The notes under the pieces are model-generated. The model was given only the letters and a program-made list of their open reading frames with translations. It ran no database searches and was not told the origin of the DNA. A stretch of 64,000 bases of DNA from Polyangiales bacterium (lineage in GTDB: Bacteria > Myxococcota_A > Polyangia > Polyangiales > JADJQN01), in contig CAXNJO010000001.1 of NCBI GenBank assembly GCA_964202905.1, positions 96,001 through 160,000 on the forward strand. The letters run 5' to 3'. The translations under genes and the position numbers were made by a program. This document shows positions 51,305-62,931 of the stretch, piece after piece; positions within the stretch are counted from its first letter, which is position 1; each line of letters starts with the position of its first letter.

Positions 51305-51319
51305 GCTACCTGCACGCCA
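51305..51319 (-). promoter_or_regulatory. Candidate sigma-54 -24/-12 promoter
   Basis: Minus strand TGGCGTGCAGGTAGC has GG-N10-GC spacing ~70 nt upstream of the NtrC-type gene; imperfect match. Confidence 0.3.
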
Positions 51320-51366
51320 TGACGCGCCTGCAGCACGGAGCTTCGAGGGGGGACGTCCCGCGCGCG

Positions 51367-52791
<1,425 letters not shown>

Positions 52792-52847
52792 TCGCTCTCC
52801 GGTCTCTCGCGGCGTCGCGTCGGGTCTGGGTCGGCGCGGCGCACGGC

Positions 52848-54221
52848 TCAGCGCGCGGGGACACAGCGCGGGCCGACGGGTGGCCCGTCTCCCGCGAGGC
52901 CGGAGCACGCGAACACGTAGACCTCCGCGGTGCCGGGCGAGCCCGCGACGACTTCGTGCCGGCCGCGCGTCGCGAGCATCGCCACGCTGGTCCCGAGACG
53001 CGCCGACGGCTCGGGCGTGCTCGCGGTGAGCACATCCGCGCCGCTCGCCTCGAGCGCGCTGCCGTTGCCGGGGATGAGCCACACCGCACCGGACTGCGCG
53101 GCGCCCTCGAAGGTGGCCTCGGGCGCGCCGACCGCGAGATCCCCGTCCCCGTCGCCATCCACGTCGCCGATCGCGAGCGCCGAGCCGAAGCCCGAGCCCG
53201 CGCACGCGACGCCGCGGTGATCGACGCACGAGACGATCATCGGCTCGACGGGGGTGGGGCACGTGCCATCCGCCGCGAGCAGCGCCGCGCCGTCGTACAC
53301 GCGCACCTGATCGCGGCGCTCCCGCCGCGTGGGGTCGTCGCCGACGACGAGGTCGGGCGTCCCGTCGCCCACGACGTCGCCGACCGCGATCACCGAGCCG
53401 AACGTCGCCGACGCGCCCTCGAGGCACGCGCGCAGCGTGCCCTCGCCCGCCGCATCGAGCTCGACGACGGCGACGCGACGCGGCTCGCCGTCGACCGCCG
53501 TGACCGCCGCGAGCGCGCCGCCTCCCGCGAGCGGCGCTGCGGCGACGTGCTCGCCGAGACCCGCGACGCCCGGCGTCCGTACCGGCGCGAGGATGCGCGC
53601 GGGATCGGCGTCGAGGTTGCGGACGCCCCTGAACGCATCGACCACGAAGACGTTGCCGGTGGTCCCGGGCGCGCCGACGAGCAGTCGGCCGCCGGGGAGC
53701 GCCGCGAGGGAGGCGCCGAAGCGCCCGCCCTCGGGGCCCATCACGCGCTCGATGCCGGCGCTCGCCGCGCTCTCGCAGCGGATGAGCACCGCGCTCGCGC
53801 CGGGTGCGCCCACGACGCCGCAGAGCGCTTCGCCGCGCCAGAGCGGCAGCCCCGCGAGGGCGGCGCCGGCCCCCGCCTCGCAGTCCGCCGGATCCCTGCA
53901 CAAGTCGTACACGGCGGGCTCGAGCGCGATCGCGTCGCCCGTCCAGCCCGCGTACACGCGCACCTCCGAGTCGGCCCCTGCGCTCGCCGCGAGCCGCGTG
54001 ACGCGCGTGCCGCCGACCTCGCCCTCGAACGTCGCGACGACCGCGCCGTAGGCCGCGCGCGCATAGGAGTCGGGCACCTCCGCGACCCGCACGCCGGTGT
54101 CGTCGGAGAGCCGGTCGAACACCGTCGGATCGCAGGCGCCGAGCGCGAGCGCGAGCGCGGCGCCGAGGCCGAGCGGCGCGCGGCGCAGGATCGAGGGACC
54201 ACGCATCGTCGCGTCGCGCAT
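52848..54221 (-). CDS. FG-GAP (integrin alpha-like propeller) lipoprotein
   Basis: TGATG overlap; lipobox [41 protein letters not shown]. Confidence 0.85.
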   Translation of the reverse strand: MRDATMRGPSILRRAPLGLGAALALALGACDPTVFDRLSDDTGVRVAEVPDSYARAAYGAVVATFEGEVGGTRVTRLAASAGADSEVRVYAGWTGDAIALEPAVYDLCRDPADCEAGAGAALAGLPLWRGEALCGVVGAPGASAVLIRCESAASAGIERVMGPEGGRFGASLAALPGGRLLVGAPGTTGNVFVVDAFRGVRNLDADPARILAPVRTPGVAGLGEHVAAAPLAGGGALAAVTAVDGEPRRVAVVELDAAGEGTLRACLEGASATFGSVIAVGDVVGDGTPDLVVGDDPTRRERRDQVRVYDGAALLAADGTCPTPVEPMIVSCVDHRGVACAGSGFGSALAIGDVDGDGDGDLAVGAPEATFEGAAQSGAVWLIPGNGSALEASGADVLTASTPEPSARLGTSVAMLATRGRHEVVAGSPGTAEVYVFACSGLAGDGPPVGPRCVPAR

Positions 54222-56116
54222 CAGAAGCTCCACCGCACCGTACCGCCGGCGTCGCCCGTGCGCGGGTCGAGCCAGGGCGCGAACGTCCAGTCGCGCGGAT
54301 CGAGCACGGTCGCCTCCGAGTCCGGCAGCGGATCGCGCACGAACAAATAGAGCGCGACGAGCCCGAGCACCGCGCCGACGCCGAGCGCCGCGTCCGCGCC
54401 GATCGTCGTCCAGTAACCCGTGCGCAGGCGCGGGTCATTCGAGGCGAGCCGCCCGGCGCGCCGCGCCGCGTCGAGGTCGTCGCGCAGCCCGGTCGCGTAG
54501 ATCGCCGCGCCCACGCCACCCCCCGCGACGAGCGCGCCGAGCGTCAGCGTCGCCCACGCGCCGCCCCGCCCCGGCGCGGGCTTGAGGCGCACGCGGATCG
54601 GCGTGACCTGACCGGGCCAGATGTCGAGCTGCGCCTCCCAGGCCTTCATGCCCTCGGCGCCGATGCGGATGCGGTGCGGCCCCGCGGGCACCGGCCCCTC
54701 GAAGGGCACGGTCCCGACGAGGTGATCGTCGACGTGCACCGTCGCGCCCGCCACGTTCGCGATCACGCGGATCCGCCCCTCGGCGGCGCGCTCGAGCTCG
54801 ATGCGCGTCACCACCTCTTCGCCCACGCCGACCTCGACCTCGCGCTCGGCCGTCGCGAAACCGGGGCGCTCGACCCACACGCGGTGCGTGCCCGTCGGCA
54901 CGCTGCTCTGGTAGGGCGTCGTGCCGACCACGCCGGCCTCGCGATCGTCGAGGAACACGCGCGCCCCCGGCACGCTCGTCACCACGCGCAGGTAGCCGAG
55001 GAACTCGCCCTGGCTCATCTCGACGATGACCACGTAGACCTTGCCGGGCCGCACGCGCACGGCCGTCTCGATGCGCCGGTAGTCGGGGTGCTCGATGACG
55101 ATGCGGAAATCGCCCGGATCGAGCGTCGCCGTGTAGGGAGACGTGCCCGCCGAAACGCTCTCGCCATCTTTCGTGATGGTGACGCGCGCCCCATCCGGCG
55201 TGGTGCGGATCGAGAGGAGCGACTTGAAATCCTCCTCCTCCGCGGGGCGCGACGCGGCAGCGACGGCCGAATTCGTGGGTGATGCGGCGCTCGACGCGCT
55301 CGACGCGGTCGTGGGCGTGGGCGTGGGCGTGACCGTGACTGTGGCGGGGTTGGTCGGCGTCGCCGCGGTCGCCGTGCTCGAGGCACCGCCCGACGTCGGT
55401 GGCGGCGTGACGACCGTGACGCTCGACGACGTCACGGGGTCGCTCGCGGCGCCCGTCGTCCCGGCTGCACCGTTCGCCGCACCCGCGCCCGTCGCCGCCG
55501 TGCCCGTCGTCCCGGACGCGCCCGACGTCGCGCTCGCCACCGTCGTCGCGCCCGCGCCCGTCGTTCCGGTGCCCGCTGCGCCCGTCGCCGCCGTGCCCGC
55601 TGCGCCCGTCGTCGCCGTGCCCGTCGCCGCCGTGCCCGCTGCGCCCGTCGTCGCCGTGCCCGTCGCCGCCGTGCCCGCTGCGCCCGCTGCCGCCGCGACG
55701 CCCGCTGCCCCGGTGCCGCCCGAGGGGGACGCTCCCGCACCCGCCCCGTCGCGCAGACGCGCGATGCGCTCACGGACCGCGCGCGCGTCCGAGGCCTCCG
55801 GGTCGCGCTCGAGGTAGCGCGCGAAGAACTCCGCGGCCCGCGCCCGATCGCCTTGTTTTTCCCACGCGGCGCCCGCGTTGTAGAGGAACGCGCTGAACGG
55901 CTGCGCCTCGTACGCGCGCACGAACTCCTCCGCGGCCTCGGCGTAGCGCCGCGCCACGAACAGCCCTTGTCCGCGCTCCATGCGCTCGCGCGCGACCTCC
56001 ATCGCGGAGGACGCAGGCGCCTGCTGCGCGCGGACGTGGCGCGGCACGAGCGCCGCGGGGAGCAGCGTCGACAGGACCGCGACGATCAGGAGCATCCGCG
56101 ATGACGAGCGCTTCAC
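54221..56116 (-). CDS. TPR + low-complexity Thr/Ala/Gly linker + three PEGA domains + C-terminal hydrophobic segments
   Basis: Signal peptide; [47 protein letters not shown]-terminus ends in WSF. Confidence 0.87.
   Translation of the reverse strand: MKRSSSRMLLIVAVLSTLLPAALVPRHVRAQQAPASSAMEVARERMERGQGLFVARRYAEAAEEFVRAYEAQPFSAFLYNAGAAWEKQGDRARAAEFFARYLERDPEASDARAVRERIARLRDGAGAGASPSGGTGAAGVAAAAGAAGTAATGTATTGAAGTAATGTATTGAAGTAATGAAGTGTTGAGATTVASATSGASGTTGTAATGAGAANGAAGTTGAASDPVTSSSVTVVTPPPTSGGASSTATAATPTNPATVTVTPTPTPTTASSASSAASPTNSAVAAASRPAEEEDFKSLLSIRTTPDGARVTITKDGESVSAGTSPYTATLDPGDFRIVIEHPDYRRIETAVRVRPGKVYVVIVEMSQGEFLGYLRVVTSVPGARVFLDDREAGVVGTTPYQSSVPTGTHRVWVERPGFATAEREVEVGVGEEVVTRIELERAAEGRIRVIANVAGATVHVDDHLVGTVPFEGPVPAGPHRIRIGAEGMKAWEAQLDIWPGQVTPIRVRLKPAPGRGGAWATLTLGALVAGGGVGAAIYATGLRDDLDAARRAGRLASNDPRLRTGYWTTIGADAALGVGAVLGLVALYLFVRDPLPDSEATVLDPRDWTFAPWLDPRTGDAGGTVRWSF
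55480..55710. repeat. Imperfect 15-/39-bp tandem repeats encoding (TGAAGTAATGTAT)n
   Basis: Recurrent GCCCGTCGCCGCCGTGCCCGCTGC units. Confidence 0.75.
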
Positions 56117-56241
56117 TCTGCTTCTCCGGGGCGCGCGGGACGGCAGCGGAGCCGGCGCGGGGCGAGCCTAACGCGAGTCGCGGGGCGCTGCCCACCGCCG
56201 CGCTTGCGGAGGGGCGCCGCGCTCCGCAGAGTCGCCGGGCG

Positions 56242-56811
56242 ATGACGCCCCGCGCGCTCGAGTCCCCGGGCCCGGCCCGCGCGCTGCGTGCGCGCGTGAC
56301 CGGTGCGCTGCGTGGCGCGTGGCCGTGGGCGCTCGTCGCCGTGCTCGCGTGGTGGGCGTTCGGCGGCCTCACGGCGGGCGGCCCGCCCGAGGGCGCCCGC
56401 GTGCCCGCGCTCGAGGTCGCGCTCGACGACGGCCGCACGTTCTCGCTCGACGCGCAGCGGGGGCGGGTCGTCGTCGTCAACTTCTGGGGCACCTACTGCC
56501 CGCCGTGCCGGGCCGAGGCGCCGGTGCTCGCGCGCGCGGCCGCGCTCCTCCGCGCGACGGGCGACGTGCTGATCGGCGTCGCGGTCGACCCCGCGCCGCT
56601 CGCGGACGTCGCGCGTTTCGCCCGCGGCCTCGGCATGTCCTACCCGATCGCCGTCATCCCGCCCGGACCGCTCGCGCCGTTCCGCGTGACGCAGGTGCCC
56701 ACCACCGTCGTCGTCGATCGGCGCGGCCTCGTCGCGCGCACCCTCGTCGGCGCGCTCGACGACGACCGGCTCGCGCGCGCCATCGCCGACGCGCGACGCG
56801 CCGCTCCCTGA
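56242..56811 (+). CDS. TlpA/ResA family thiol:disulfide oxidoreductase
   Basis: N-terminal TM; VVVNFWGTYCPPCRAEAP, VPTTVVVDRRG. Confidence 0.88.
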   Translation: MTPRALESPGPARALRARVTGALRGAWPWALVAVLAWWAFGGLTAGGPPEGARVPALEVALDDGRTFSLDAQRGRVVVVNFWGTYCPPCRAEAPVLARAAALLRATGDVLIGVAVDPAPLADVARFARGLGMSYPIAVIPPGPLAPFRVTQVPTTVVVDRRGLVARTLVGALDDDRLARAIADARRAAP

Positions 56812-56818
56812 GCACGGC

Positions 56819-58223
56819 ATGAGCGCGCCGCGCCGCCCGCACACCGATCCGCTGCGCGTCGCCGCCACGCTCGCCGACGCGCACCTCGCCTCCGCGCGCA
56901 CGCGCCGCGTCACGGGCACCGCGCGCCCCGCCGCCCTCGCGCGCCACCTCACGCGGAAATACGATTTCGCGACACCGCACGACGCGGCCGACGTGCTCGA
57001 CGATCTCGCGTCGATGCTGCGACGCGGCACCGTCCACGGCGGTCCCACGCACTTCGGTCCGTTCGCGCCGAGCGTCCCGCGCGAGGCCGTCGCCGCCTCG
57101 ACCCTCGTCGCCGCCTTCAACCCACAGCGCGCGATCCGCGCACACGCCCACGCCGCCCACGCGATCGAGCAGCACGTCCTGCACTTCCTCGCGGCGCAGC
57201 TCGGCTACGACCCGGAGACGAGCGCCGCGCACTTCTGCGCGGGCGGCCAGGAGGCGAACCTCACCGCGCTCCTTTGCGCGCTCGTCCACACCTGGCCCAC
57301 CGTGCGCGCGCGCGGCGTCCGCGCCCTGCCCGGCGACCCGGTCGTCTACGCCTCGGCCGAGGCGCACCACGGCCTCGAGAAGGCCGCGCACGCCGCGGGC
57401 CTCGGCCGCGATGCCGTCGATTCGAATTCGCCATCGATGACGCGTTTCGCCTCGACCCCGACGCGCTCGAATCACGCCTCGCCGCAGACCGCATGCACGG
57501 CCTGCTCCCCGTCGCCGTCGTCGCCACGGCCGGCACCACCGCGACAGGCGCCGTCGATCCGCTCCCCGCCCTCGCCGCATTCTGCGCCCGCGAGCGCCTC
57601 TGGCTCCACGTGGACGCGGCGTTTGGCGGTGCGGCCGCCCTCTCCCCCGCGCTGCGCGGTTGTCTCGACGGAATCGCCCACGCCGACTCGATCACGTGGG
57701 ACGCCCACAAATGGCTGCAAATGCCGCTCGGGACAGGCATGTACTTCACCCGCCATCCCGCCTCGCTGCGCGCCGCCTTCCACACCGACGCGCCCTACAT
57801 GCCCCACCGCGATCCGGCGCACGACGAGCCCTTCGACACCTCCCTCGCCTGGAGCCGCCGCGCCGCCGGAATCCCACTCTTCACCGCGCTCGCGACGCGC
57901 GGCCTCGCGGGAATCGCCGCCACGCTCGAATCCCATCTTCGACTCACGCACACACTCCGACACCGACTTTTGACCATGGGATTCACGCTCGTGAGCGAAT
58001 CCCCACTCCCGGTCGTGTGCTTCACGCACCCACGCTTCGCCGCAGATTCCCGCCGCGCCGGGCGACCTCGCCCGCGCACTCGCCCACGACGGCCGCACGT
58101 GGCTCGCCCCCGTCACGCTCTCCACCGGCCCAGCGCGCGCTGCGCGCCACGATCACCAGCGCCGACACCACCGAATCCGATCTCGACACCGTGATCGACG
58201 CCCTGCGGGCGGCGATGGGGTGA
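56819..58223 (+). pseudogene. Group II PLP-dependent (aromatic amino acid/DAB-type) decarboxylase with about three apparent frameshifts (~57420, ~58058, ~58129)
   Basis: GGQEANLTAL, SAEAHH in frame 1; ATAGTTATGAVDPL, WLHVDAAFGG, ITWDAHKW in frame 2; LRATITSADTT in final frame. Confidence 0.8.
58154..58223 (+). repeat. Left copy of duplicated decarboxylase 3' end
   Basis: TCGACGCCCTGCGGGCGGCGATGGGGTGA (58195-58223) matches 59032-59060 at 28/29. Confidence 0.9.
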
Positions 58224-58292
58224 GTCGCGCGGCCGTCCTCCCCCGAATCGCAGGGCGTTCCGTCCGCTCGATGCTCGACTCTCCTTGTCGTC

Positions 58293-58616
58293 TCAACGAT
58301 CACCACGCTCGGGTTCACGGGCGGGCGTATCGGGATCGAGCGCGCTCCATGATCGATGGCCTTCGAATACGGTCAGGACGACGATGCCGTCCGCGTCGGC
58401 GCGATAGACGATGCGGTAGCGACGAACGAACACCTCGCGAACGTCGTCGCGGCCGAGCTCGGGCACCGCGCGCGCCGCGCGAGGCAGGGCCGCGGCGTCC
58501 TGCGCACGGCGACGAAGGCGAGCCAGCCAAAGACGGGCTGCGAGAGGGTCGTCCGCCGCGATGAACTCGCCGATCGCGAACAGGTCCGCGATGGCGCGCT
58601 CCGTCCAGCGGAGCAT
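58293..58616 (-). CDS. RelE/ParE family type II toxin
   Basis: WTERAIADL..IAADDP, RAVPELGRDDVREVFVRRYRIVY, VLTVFEG. Confidence 0.9.
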   Translation of the reverse strand: MLRWTERAIADLFAIGEFIAADDPLAARLWLARLRRRAQDAAALPRAARAVPELGRDDVREVFVRRYRIVYRADADGIVVLTVFEGHRSWSALDPDTPAREPERGDR

Positions 58617-58943
58617 CTATTTCTTCCTGGCTCGCGGGGGTGCGCCGAAGCGCGCCTCGAGCCGCTGCCCGAGCGCGTCATCGGGGACCGTGCGACCCGC
58701 GCGCTCGTCCTCGAGCCCGGCCTCGACGGCCGCGACGAATCGCGCCTGCGCCGTGAGGCGATCAAAAGCCTCGGGCGCCAGCAGCACCGCCGCGGGGCGC
58801 CCGCTCTGGGTCACGACGAGCGGCCGCTGATGCTCCCGCAACCCGCGTATCTGCTCGGAGAGATGCGCCTTCAACGTGCCGATCGGCACGATGTCCTCCG
58901 CCACGCGCAGCACCGGGTCAGGTCGGATTTCAGACCTTTTCAT
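58617..58943 (-). CDS. Phd/YefM family antitoxin
   Basis: DIVPIGTLKAHLS, PLVVTQSGRPAAVLL; abuts the toxin gene. Confidence 0.9.
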   Translation of the reverse strand: MKRSEIRPDPVLRVAEDIVPIGTLKAHLSEQIRGLREHQRPLVVTQSGRPAAVLLAPEAFDRLTAQARFVAAVEAGLEDERAGRTVPDDALGQRLEARFGAPPRARKK

Positions 58944-59002
58944 GGACCTCTTCTGCGCCGTGCCGCAGACCGGCGCAAGGTGCTCGAACGCGACGCATCG
59001 CG

Positions 59003-59060
59003 CACCAGCATCGACACGACGGAAGCGGACGTCGACGCCCTGCGTGCGGCGATGGGGTGA
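59003..59060 (+). repeat. Right copy: orphan remnant of the decarboxylase 3' end
   Basis: Encodes TSIDTTEADVDALRAAMG* vs TSADTTESDLDTVIDALRAAMG* in the gene. Confidence 0.9.
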
Positions 59061-59115
59061 TGCCACGACTCACGCCCGCCCATCGCGCTGGTCCGAACCG
59101 TTGCACGCACGCAGA

Positions 59116-59139
59116 CATGGTCACCAGCTCGTGACCATG
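59116..59139. promoter_or_regulatory. Antitoxin operator-like inverted repeat overlapping the start codon; TTGCAC -35-like hexamer at 59101
   Basis: CATGGTCAC-N6-GTGACCATG, perfect 9-bp arms. Confidence 0.7.
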
Positions 59140-59364
59140 AAGCGACCCACCACCGTCGCCGCCGGCGTCTTCAAGGCGGAGTGCCTCGCCATCCTCGATC
59201 GCGTCGCGCTGGAGCGCGAGAGCATCGTCGTCACCAAGCGAGGCCGGCCGGTGGCCCGCGTGGTGCCGTTCACGGAGCCGGCGGCTTCGTCCCTCCGCGG
59301 GAGCGTGCGTTTCGTCGGTGATGTGTTCGCGCCTTCGGGCGAGTCCTGGGACGCCGACCGTTGA
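59137..59364 (+). CDS. Phd/YefM family antitoxin (VapB role)
   Basis: AGVFKAECLAILDRV, IVVTKRGRPVARVVP. Confidence 0.9.
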   Translation: MKRPTTVAAGVFKAECLAILDRVALERESIVVTKRGRPVARVVPFTEPAASSLRGSVRFVGDVFAPSGESWDADR

Positions 59365-59744
59365 TCGTGCTCGACACGCACGCCTGGCTCTTCTGGGCGA
59401 GCGAGCCCGCTCGGCTCGGGCGGCGCGCCGCTGCGGCCCTGCGCAAGGCGCCACGCATCGGCGTCCCCGCCATCTGCGTCTGGGAAGTCGGGATGCTCCT
59501 CGACAAGAAGCACGTCGTCCTCGATCGCCCGGCGGACGATTGGGTCACGCAGGCGCTCGGCGCACCGCGCGTCGAGTTCCTGCCGCTCACGCCCACCATC
59601 GCCCTGCGCGCGGCGACCTTCAGCGCGCTCCACGGCGATCCCGCCGATCGCCTCATCCTCGCCACCGCGCTCGTCCACGGCGCCCGCCTCGTCACCCGCG
59701 ACGCAAAGCTCACGGACGCCGGCCTCGTCGACGTCGTCTGGTGA
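59361..59744 (+). CDS. vapC: PIN-domain toxin VapC
   Basis: TTGA overlap; VLDTHAWLFW, CVWEVG, HGDPADRLILATA, LVTRD. Confidence 0.92.
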   Translation: MIVLDTHAWLFWASEPARLGRRAAAALRKAPRIGVPAICVWEVGMLLDKKHVVLDRPADDWVTQALGAPRVEFLPLTPTIALRAATFSALHGDPADRLILATALVHGARLVTRDAKLTDAGLVDVVW

Positions 59745-59851
59745 GACCGGCGCGCTGGGTCGAGGTCTCTCGGCCGTACGCCATCCCACCGCGCAGCAAC
59801 TCCATGCCATGCTCGGCGCGCGCGCCCGGGGGGCGTTGCGGAGAGAGGGAG

Positions 59852-61186
59852 ATGTCGACGATGAAGCAGCTGCGCGTGCTCGTGCTCGCCGCCCTGTGCG
59901 GTTTCGTGTTCTCGGCGTGTGGCGACGACGACGCACCCGGTGGGGTCGATGCGGGCGTGCCCATCGACATGCCGACCGTGCCACCCGATCTCCCGTCCAT
60001 CGATGCGGGCCCAGACGACGCCGGCGCGGACGTCGATGCGGGAGGCGAGGACGCCGGCCCGATGGGAGACGATGCGGGCGCGGAGGACGACGCCGGCGCG
60101 CCGGATGCGGGCGTCGATGGTGGCTCCGATGCCGGCTCCGATGCGGGGGTCGATGCGGGACCGCCGCCGCCGGTGCGGGATGTCGACATGCTCTTCATGG
60201 TCGACAACTCGGGCTCGATGGCCGAGGAGCAGGCGTCGTTCGCGGCGCAGCTCCCGCGACTCGTGCAGGTGCTCACGAGCGGCGATCGCACGGGCGACGG
60301 GCCGACGCCGGACGACTTCACGCCCATCCGCGATCTGCACCTCGGCGTCGTCACCAGCGACATGGGCGTGGGCGGATTCACGGTGCCGTCGTGTGGGAAT
60401 CCCGATTTCGGAGATGATGGAGTCCTGCGTACGGCGGGGAATCCCTTCGACCCCACGTGCATGCCGACGTATCCCTCGTTCCTCGCGTACGTGCCGGGCA
60501 CCTCGACGGAGACGCCGGAGGAGTTCGGGGCGCAGTTCGGGTGTCTGGCCGCGCCGGGGACCATGGGCTGCGGCTTCGAGCAGCAGCTCGAGGCGACGCT
60601 GAAGGCCCTCACGCCCGCGACCTCGAGCCTTCGCTTCCGCGCGGACACGACGGGACACGGCGACGGCGCGAACGCGGGGTTCCTGCGACCCGACTCGCTG
60701 CTCGTCGTCGTGCTGCTCACGGATGAAGAGGATTGCTCGGCGCGCCCCGACTTCGAGGATCTCTTCAATCCGATGTCGGGCACGTTCGAGGGTCCGCTGA
60801 ATCTCCGCTGCTTTCTCTACAAGGCACCGCAACACCCGGTCTCGCGTTACATCGATGGCCTGCGCGCGCTGCGACCGGACCGCCCGGATCTCTTGATCGT
60901 CGCTGCGATCGCGGGCGTGCCCGTCGATCTGATCCGGCCGGGAACACCCGATTACACAGGCATCCTCGCCGATGCGCGCATGATCGAGACGCTCGATCCG
61001 ACGGTCGGGCTCGGTCGCGTCACGCCCTCCTGCGACGTCCCCGGCCGCGGCCTCGCCTTCCCCCCGCGCCGCATGGTCGAGGTCGCGCAGGGCTTCGGCG
61101 CGAACGGCGTCGTGCAATCGATCTGCCAGGACGCCTACGACGGCGCCTTCGACGCCGTGATCGCGCGAATTGCGATCACGATGTGA
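59852..61186 (+). CDS. Cys-rich vWA-like lipoprotein with DAG-repeat linker
   Basis: GAGAGGGAG SD; lipobox FSAC; VDMLFMVDNSGSMAEEQ, GCGFEQQLEA, LLTDEEDCS. Confidence 0.85.
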   Translation: MSTMKQLRVLVLAALCGFVFSACGDDDAPGGVDAGVPIDMPTVPPDLPSIDAGPDDAGADVDAGGEDAGPMGDDAGAEDDAGAPDAGVDGGSDAGSDAGVDAGPPPPVRDVDMLFMVDNSGSMAEEQASFAAQLPRLVQVLTSGDRTGDGPTPDDFTPIRDLHLGVVTSDMGVGGFTVPSCGNPDFGDDGVLRTAGNPFDPTCMPTYPSFLAYVPGTSTETPEEFGAQFGCLAAPGTMGCGFEQQLEATLKALTPATSSLRFRADTTGHGDGANAGFLRPDSLLVVVLLTDEEDCSARPDFEDLFNPMSGTFEGPLNLRCFLYKAPQHPVSRYIDGLRALRPDRPDLLIVAAIAGVPVDLIRPGTPDYTGILADARMIETLDPTVGLGRVTPSCDVPGRGLAFPPRRMVEVAQGFGANGVVQSICQDAYDGAFDAVIARIAITM

Positions 61187-61197
61187 GGCGCACCGGA

Positions 61198-61228
61198 GTG
61201 CGGGGCGTTTCCCACCCTCGCCCCGCAC
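61198..61228. terminator. 10-bp perfect stem-loop after the vWA-like gene
   Basis: GTGCGGGGCG-N11-CGCCCCGCAC. Confidence 0.4.
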
Positions 61229-61251
61229 CCTTCGCTGATATCGTCGCGCGC

Positions 61252-62820
61252 ATGCCGCCGACACCGATTCATGCACTCTCCGCCCGTGAGCTCGCGGGGC
61301 GGCTGCAACGCCGCGAGCTGACGTCCGTCGCGATCGTGGAGGCGCTGCACGGGCGCGCGGACGAGGTCGATGGGCGGGTGCGGGGGTTCACCGTGCAGCT
61401 GCGCGAGGAGGCGCTGAACGAGGCGCGGGCGCGCGACGAGGAGCGGGCGCGGGGCGTGGTGCGCGGGCCGCTCCATGGGCTGCCCGTGACCATCAAGGAG
61501 AACCTGCACGTCACAGGCACGGAGACGACGGCGGGGCTGCGCGCGCGGGCGGGGAAGCGCTCGACGTTCGACGCCGCGATCGTGCGGGTGCTGCGCGAGG
61601 CGGGGGCGGTGATCCTCGGCAAGAGCAACATCCCGCAGACGCTCATGGCGCCCGAGTCGACGAATGCGCTCTACGGCACGACGAACAATCCGTGGGATCT
61701 GCGGCGCGTGCCGGGCGGCTCGTCGGGCGGTGAGGGCGCGCTGATCGCGTCGGGGCAGAGCGTGCTCGGGGTGGGCACGGACATCGCCGGGTCGATCCGC
61801 ATCCCGGCGAGCTTCTGCGGGGTCGCGGGGCTCAAGCCCACGCTGCACCGCTGGACGAGCGTGGGCTCGACGGGCGCGATGCCGGGCATCGAGTTCGTGC
61901 GCGCGGTGGTCGGGCCGCTCGCGCGTTCGAGCGACGATCTCGCCTTCTTCTTCGAGGCGCTCGACCCGGCGCAGATGGCGGCGCTCGATCCGGAGGTGCC
62001 GCCGCTGCCCGTCGGGCGCAGCGCGGACGTCGACGTCTCGACGCTGCGCATCGGCTACTACGACGACGACGCGCTCTTCACGCCGAGCGCCGCGGTCCGG
62101 CGCGCGGTGCGCGAGGCCGTCGAACACCTGCGCGCGGCCGGCGCGGAGCTCGTGCCGTGGGAGTCGCGGCACGCGGAGGAGATCTACTTCCTCGGCGTTG
62201 CAGGCATCACGGCGGATGGTCTCGTGACGCTGCGCCGCGAGCTCGCGGGGGAGGACGTGATCGCGCCGCTGCGCATGAACGACCGGCTCTCGAAGGTGCC
62301 CGCGTCGGTGCGGCAGGGGCTCGCGCGGGCGGCCCGGCTGCTCGGCGAGACGCGCGTCGCCGAGACGCTCGAGGTGCTCGGCGAGAAGCGCGTGAGCGAC
62401 TACTGGGCGCTCTCGTGGCGGCGCACGGTGCTCGCGCGCGAGGAGACGACGGCGTGGGCCGAGGCGGGCCTCCACGCGCTCGTCGGGCCGGGCTACGCGA
62501 CGCCCGCGCCGCAGCACGGCGCGACGGGCGACTTCTCGATCGGCGCCGCGAACACGCTGCGCTGGAACCTGCTCAACCGCCCCGCGGGCTCGGTGCCGGT
62601 GACGCGCGTGCAGCCTTTGGAGACGACGCGGCCGGCGGCGCGCGGGCGGCTCGAGCAGCGCGCGCGCGCGATCGACGAGGGCAGCGCGGGGCTGCCCGCG
62701 AGCGTGCAGGTCGTGGGCGTGCCGTGGCGCGAGGATGTGGTGCTCGCCGTGATGCAGGCGATCGAGCGCGGCGCGCGGGCGAAGGACGGCTTCCCCGCGA
62801 CGCCCGTCGATCCGGCGTGA
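61252..62820 (+). CDS. Amidase-signature family enzyme (fatty acid amide hydrolase-like)
   Basis: GPLHGLPVTIKE, GGSSGGEGAL, GTDIAGSIRIPASFCG. Confidence 0.92.
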   Translation: MPPTPIHALSARELAGRLQRRELTSVAIVEALHGRADEVDGRVRGFTVQLREEALNEARARDEERARGVVRGPLHGLPVTIKENLHVTGTETTAGLRARAGKRSTFDAAIVRVLREAGAVILGKSNIPQTLMAPESTNALYGTTNNPWDLRRVPGGSSGGEGALIASGQSVLGVGTDIAGSIRIPASFCGVAGLKPTLHRWTSVGSTGAMPGIEFVRAVVGPLARSSDDLAFFFEALDPAQMAALDPEVPPLPVGRSADVDVSTLRIGYYDDDALFTPSAAVRRAVREAVEHLRAAGAELVPWESRHAEEIYFLGVAGITADGLVTLRRELAGEDVIAPLRMNDRLSKVPASVRQGLARAARLLGETRVAETLEVLGEKRVSDYWALSWRRTVLAREETTAWAEAGLHALVGPGYATPAPQHGATGDFSIGAANTLRWNLLNRPAGSVPVTRVQPLETTRPAARGRLEQRARAIDEGSAGLPASVQVVGVPWREDVVLAVMQAIERGARAKDGFPATPVDPA

Positions 62821-62842
62821 CGCACGCACACCAGGTGCCCGG

Positions 62843-62873
62843 CGCGACATCGCAAGAGGGTTGCGGTGTCGCG
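62843..62873. terminator. 13-bp stem-loop after the amidase gene
   Basis: CGCGACATCGCAA-GAGGG-TTGCGGTGTCGCG. Confidence 0.45.
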
Positions 62874-62931
62874 AGCCGGATCTCGCAAGGGCATGGATAT
62901 GTCGCGACGTGATGCCGACGCTCTCTCGGTG

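Noticed and set aside
58224..59850. TA modules as integron cassettes
   Set aside because: No RYYYAAC...GTTRRRY attC structures or integron integrase; modules are in opposite orientations
59700..61300. Replication origin suggested by the C-to-G skew switch
   Set aside because: No dnaA, DnaA-box cluster or AT-rich unwinding element; the skew looks local
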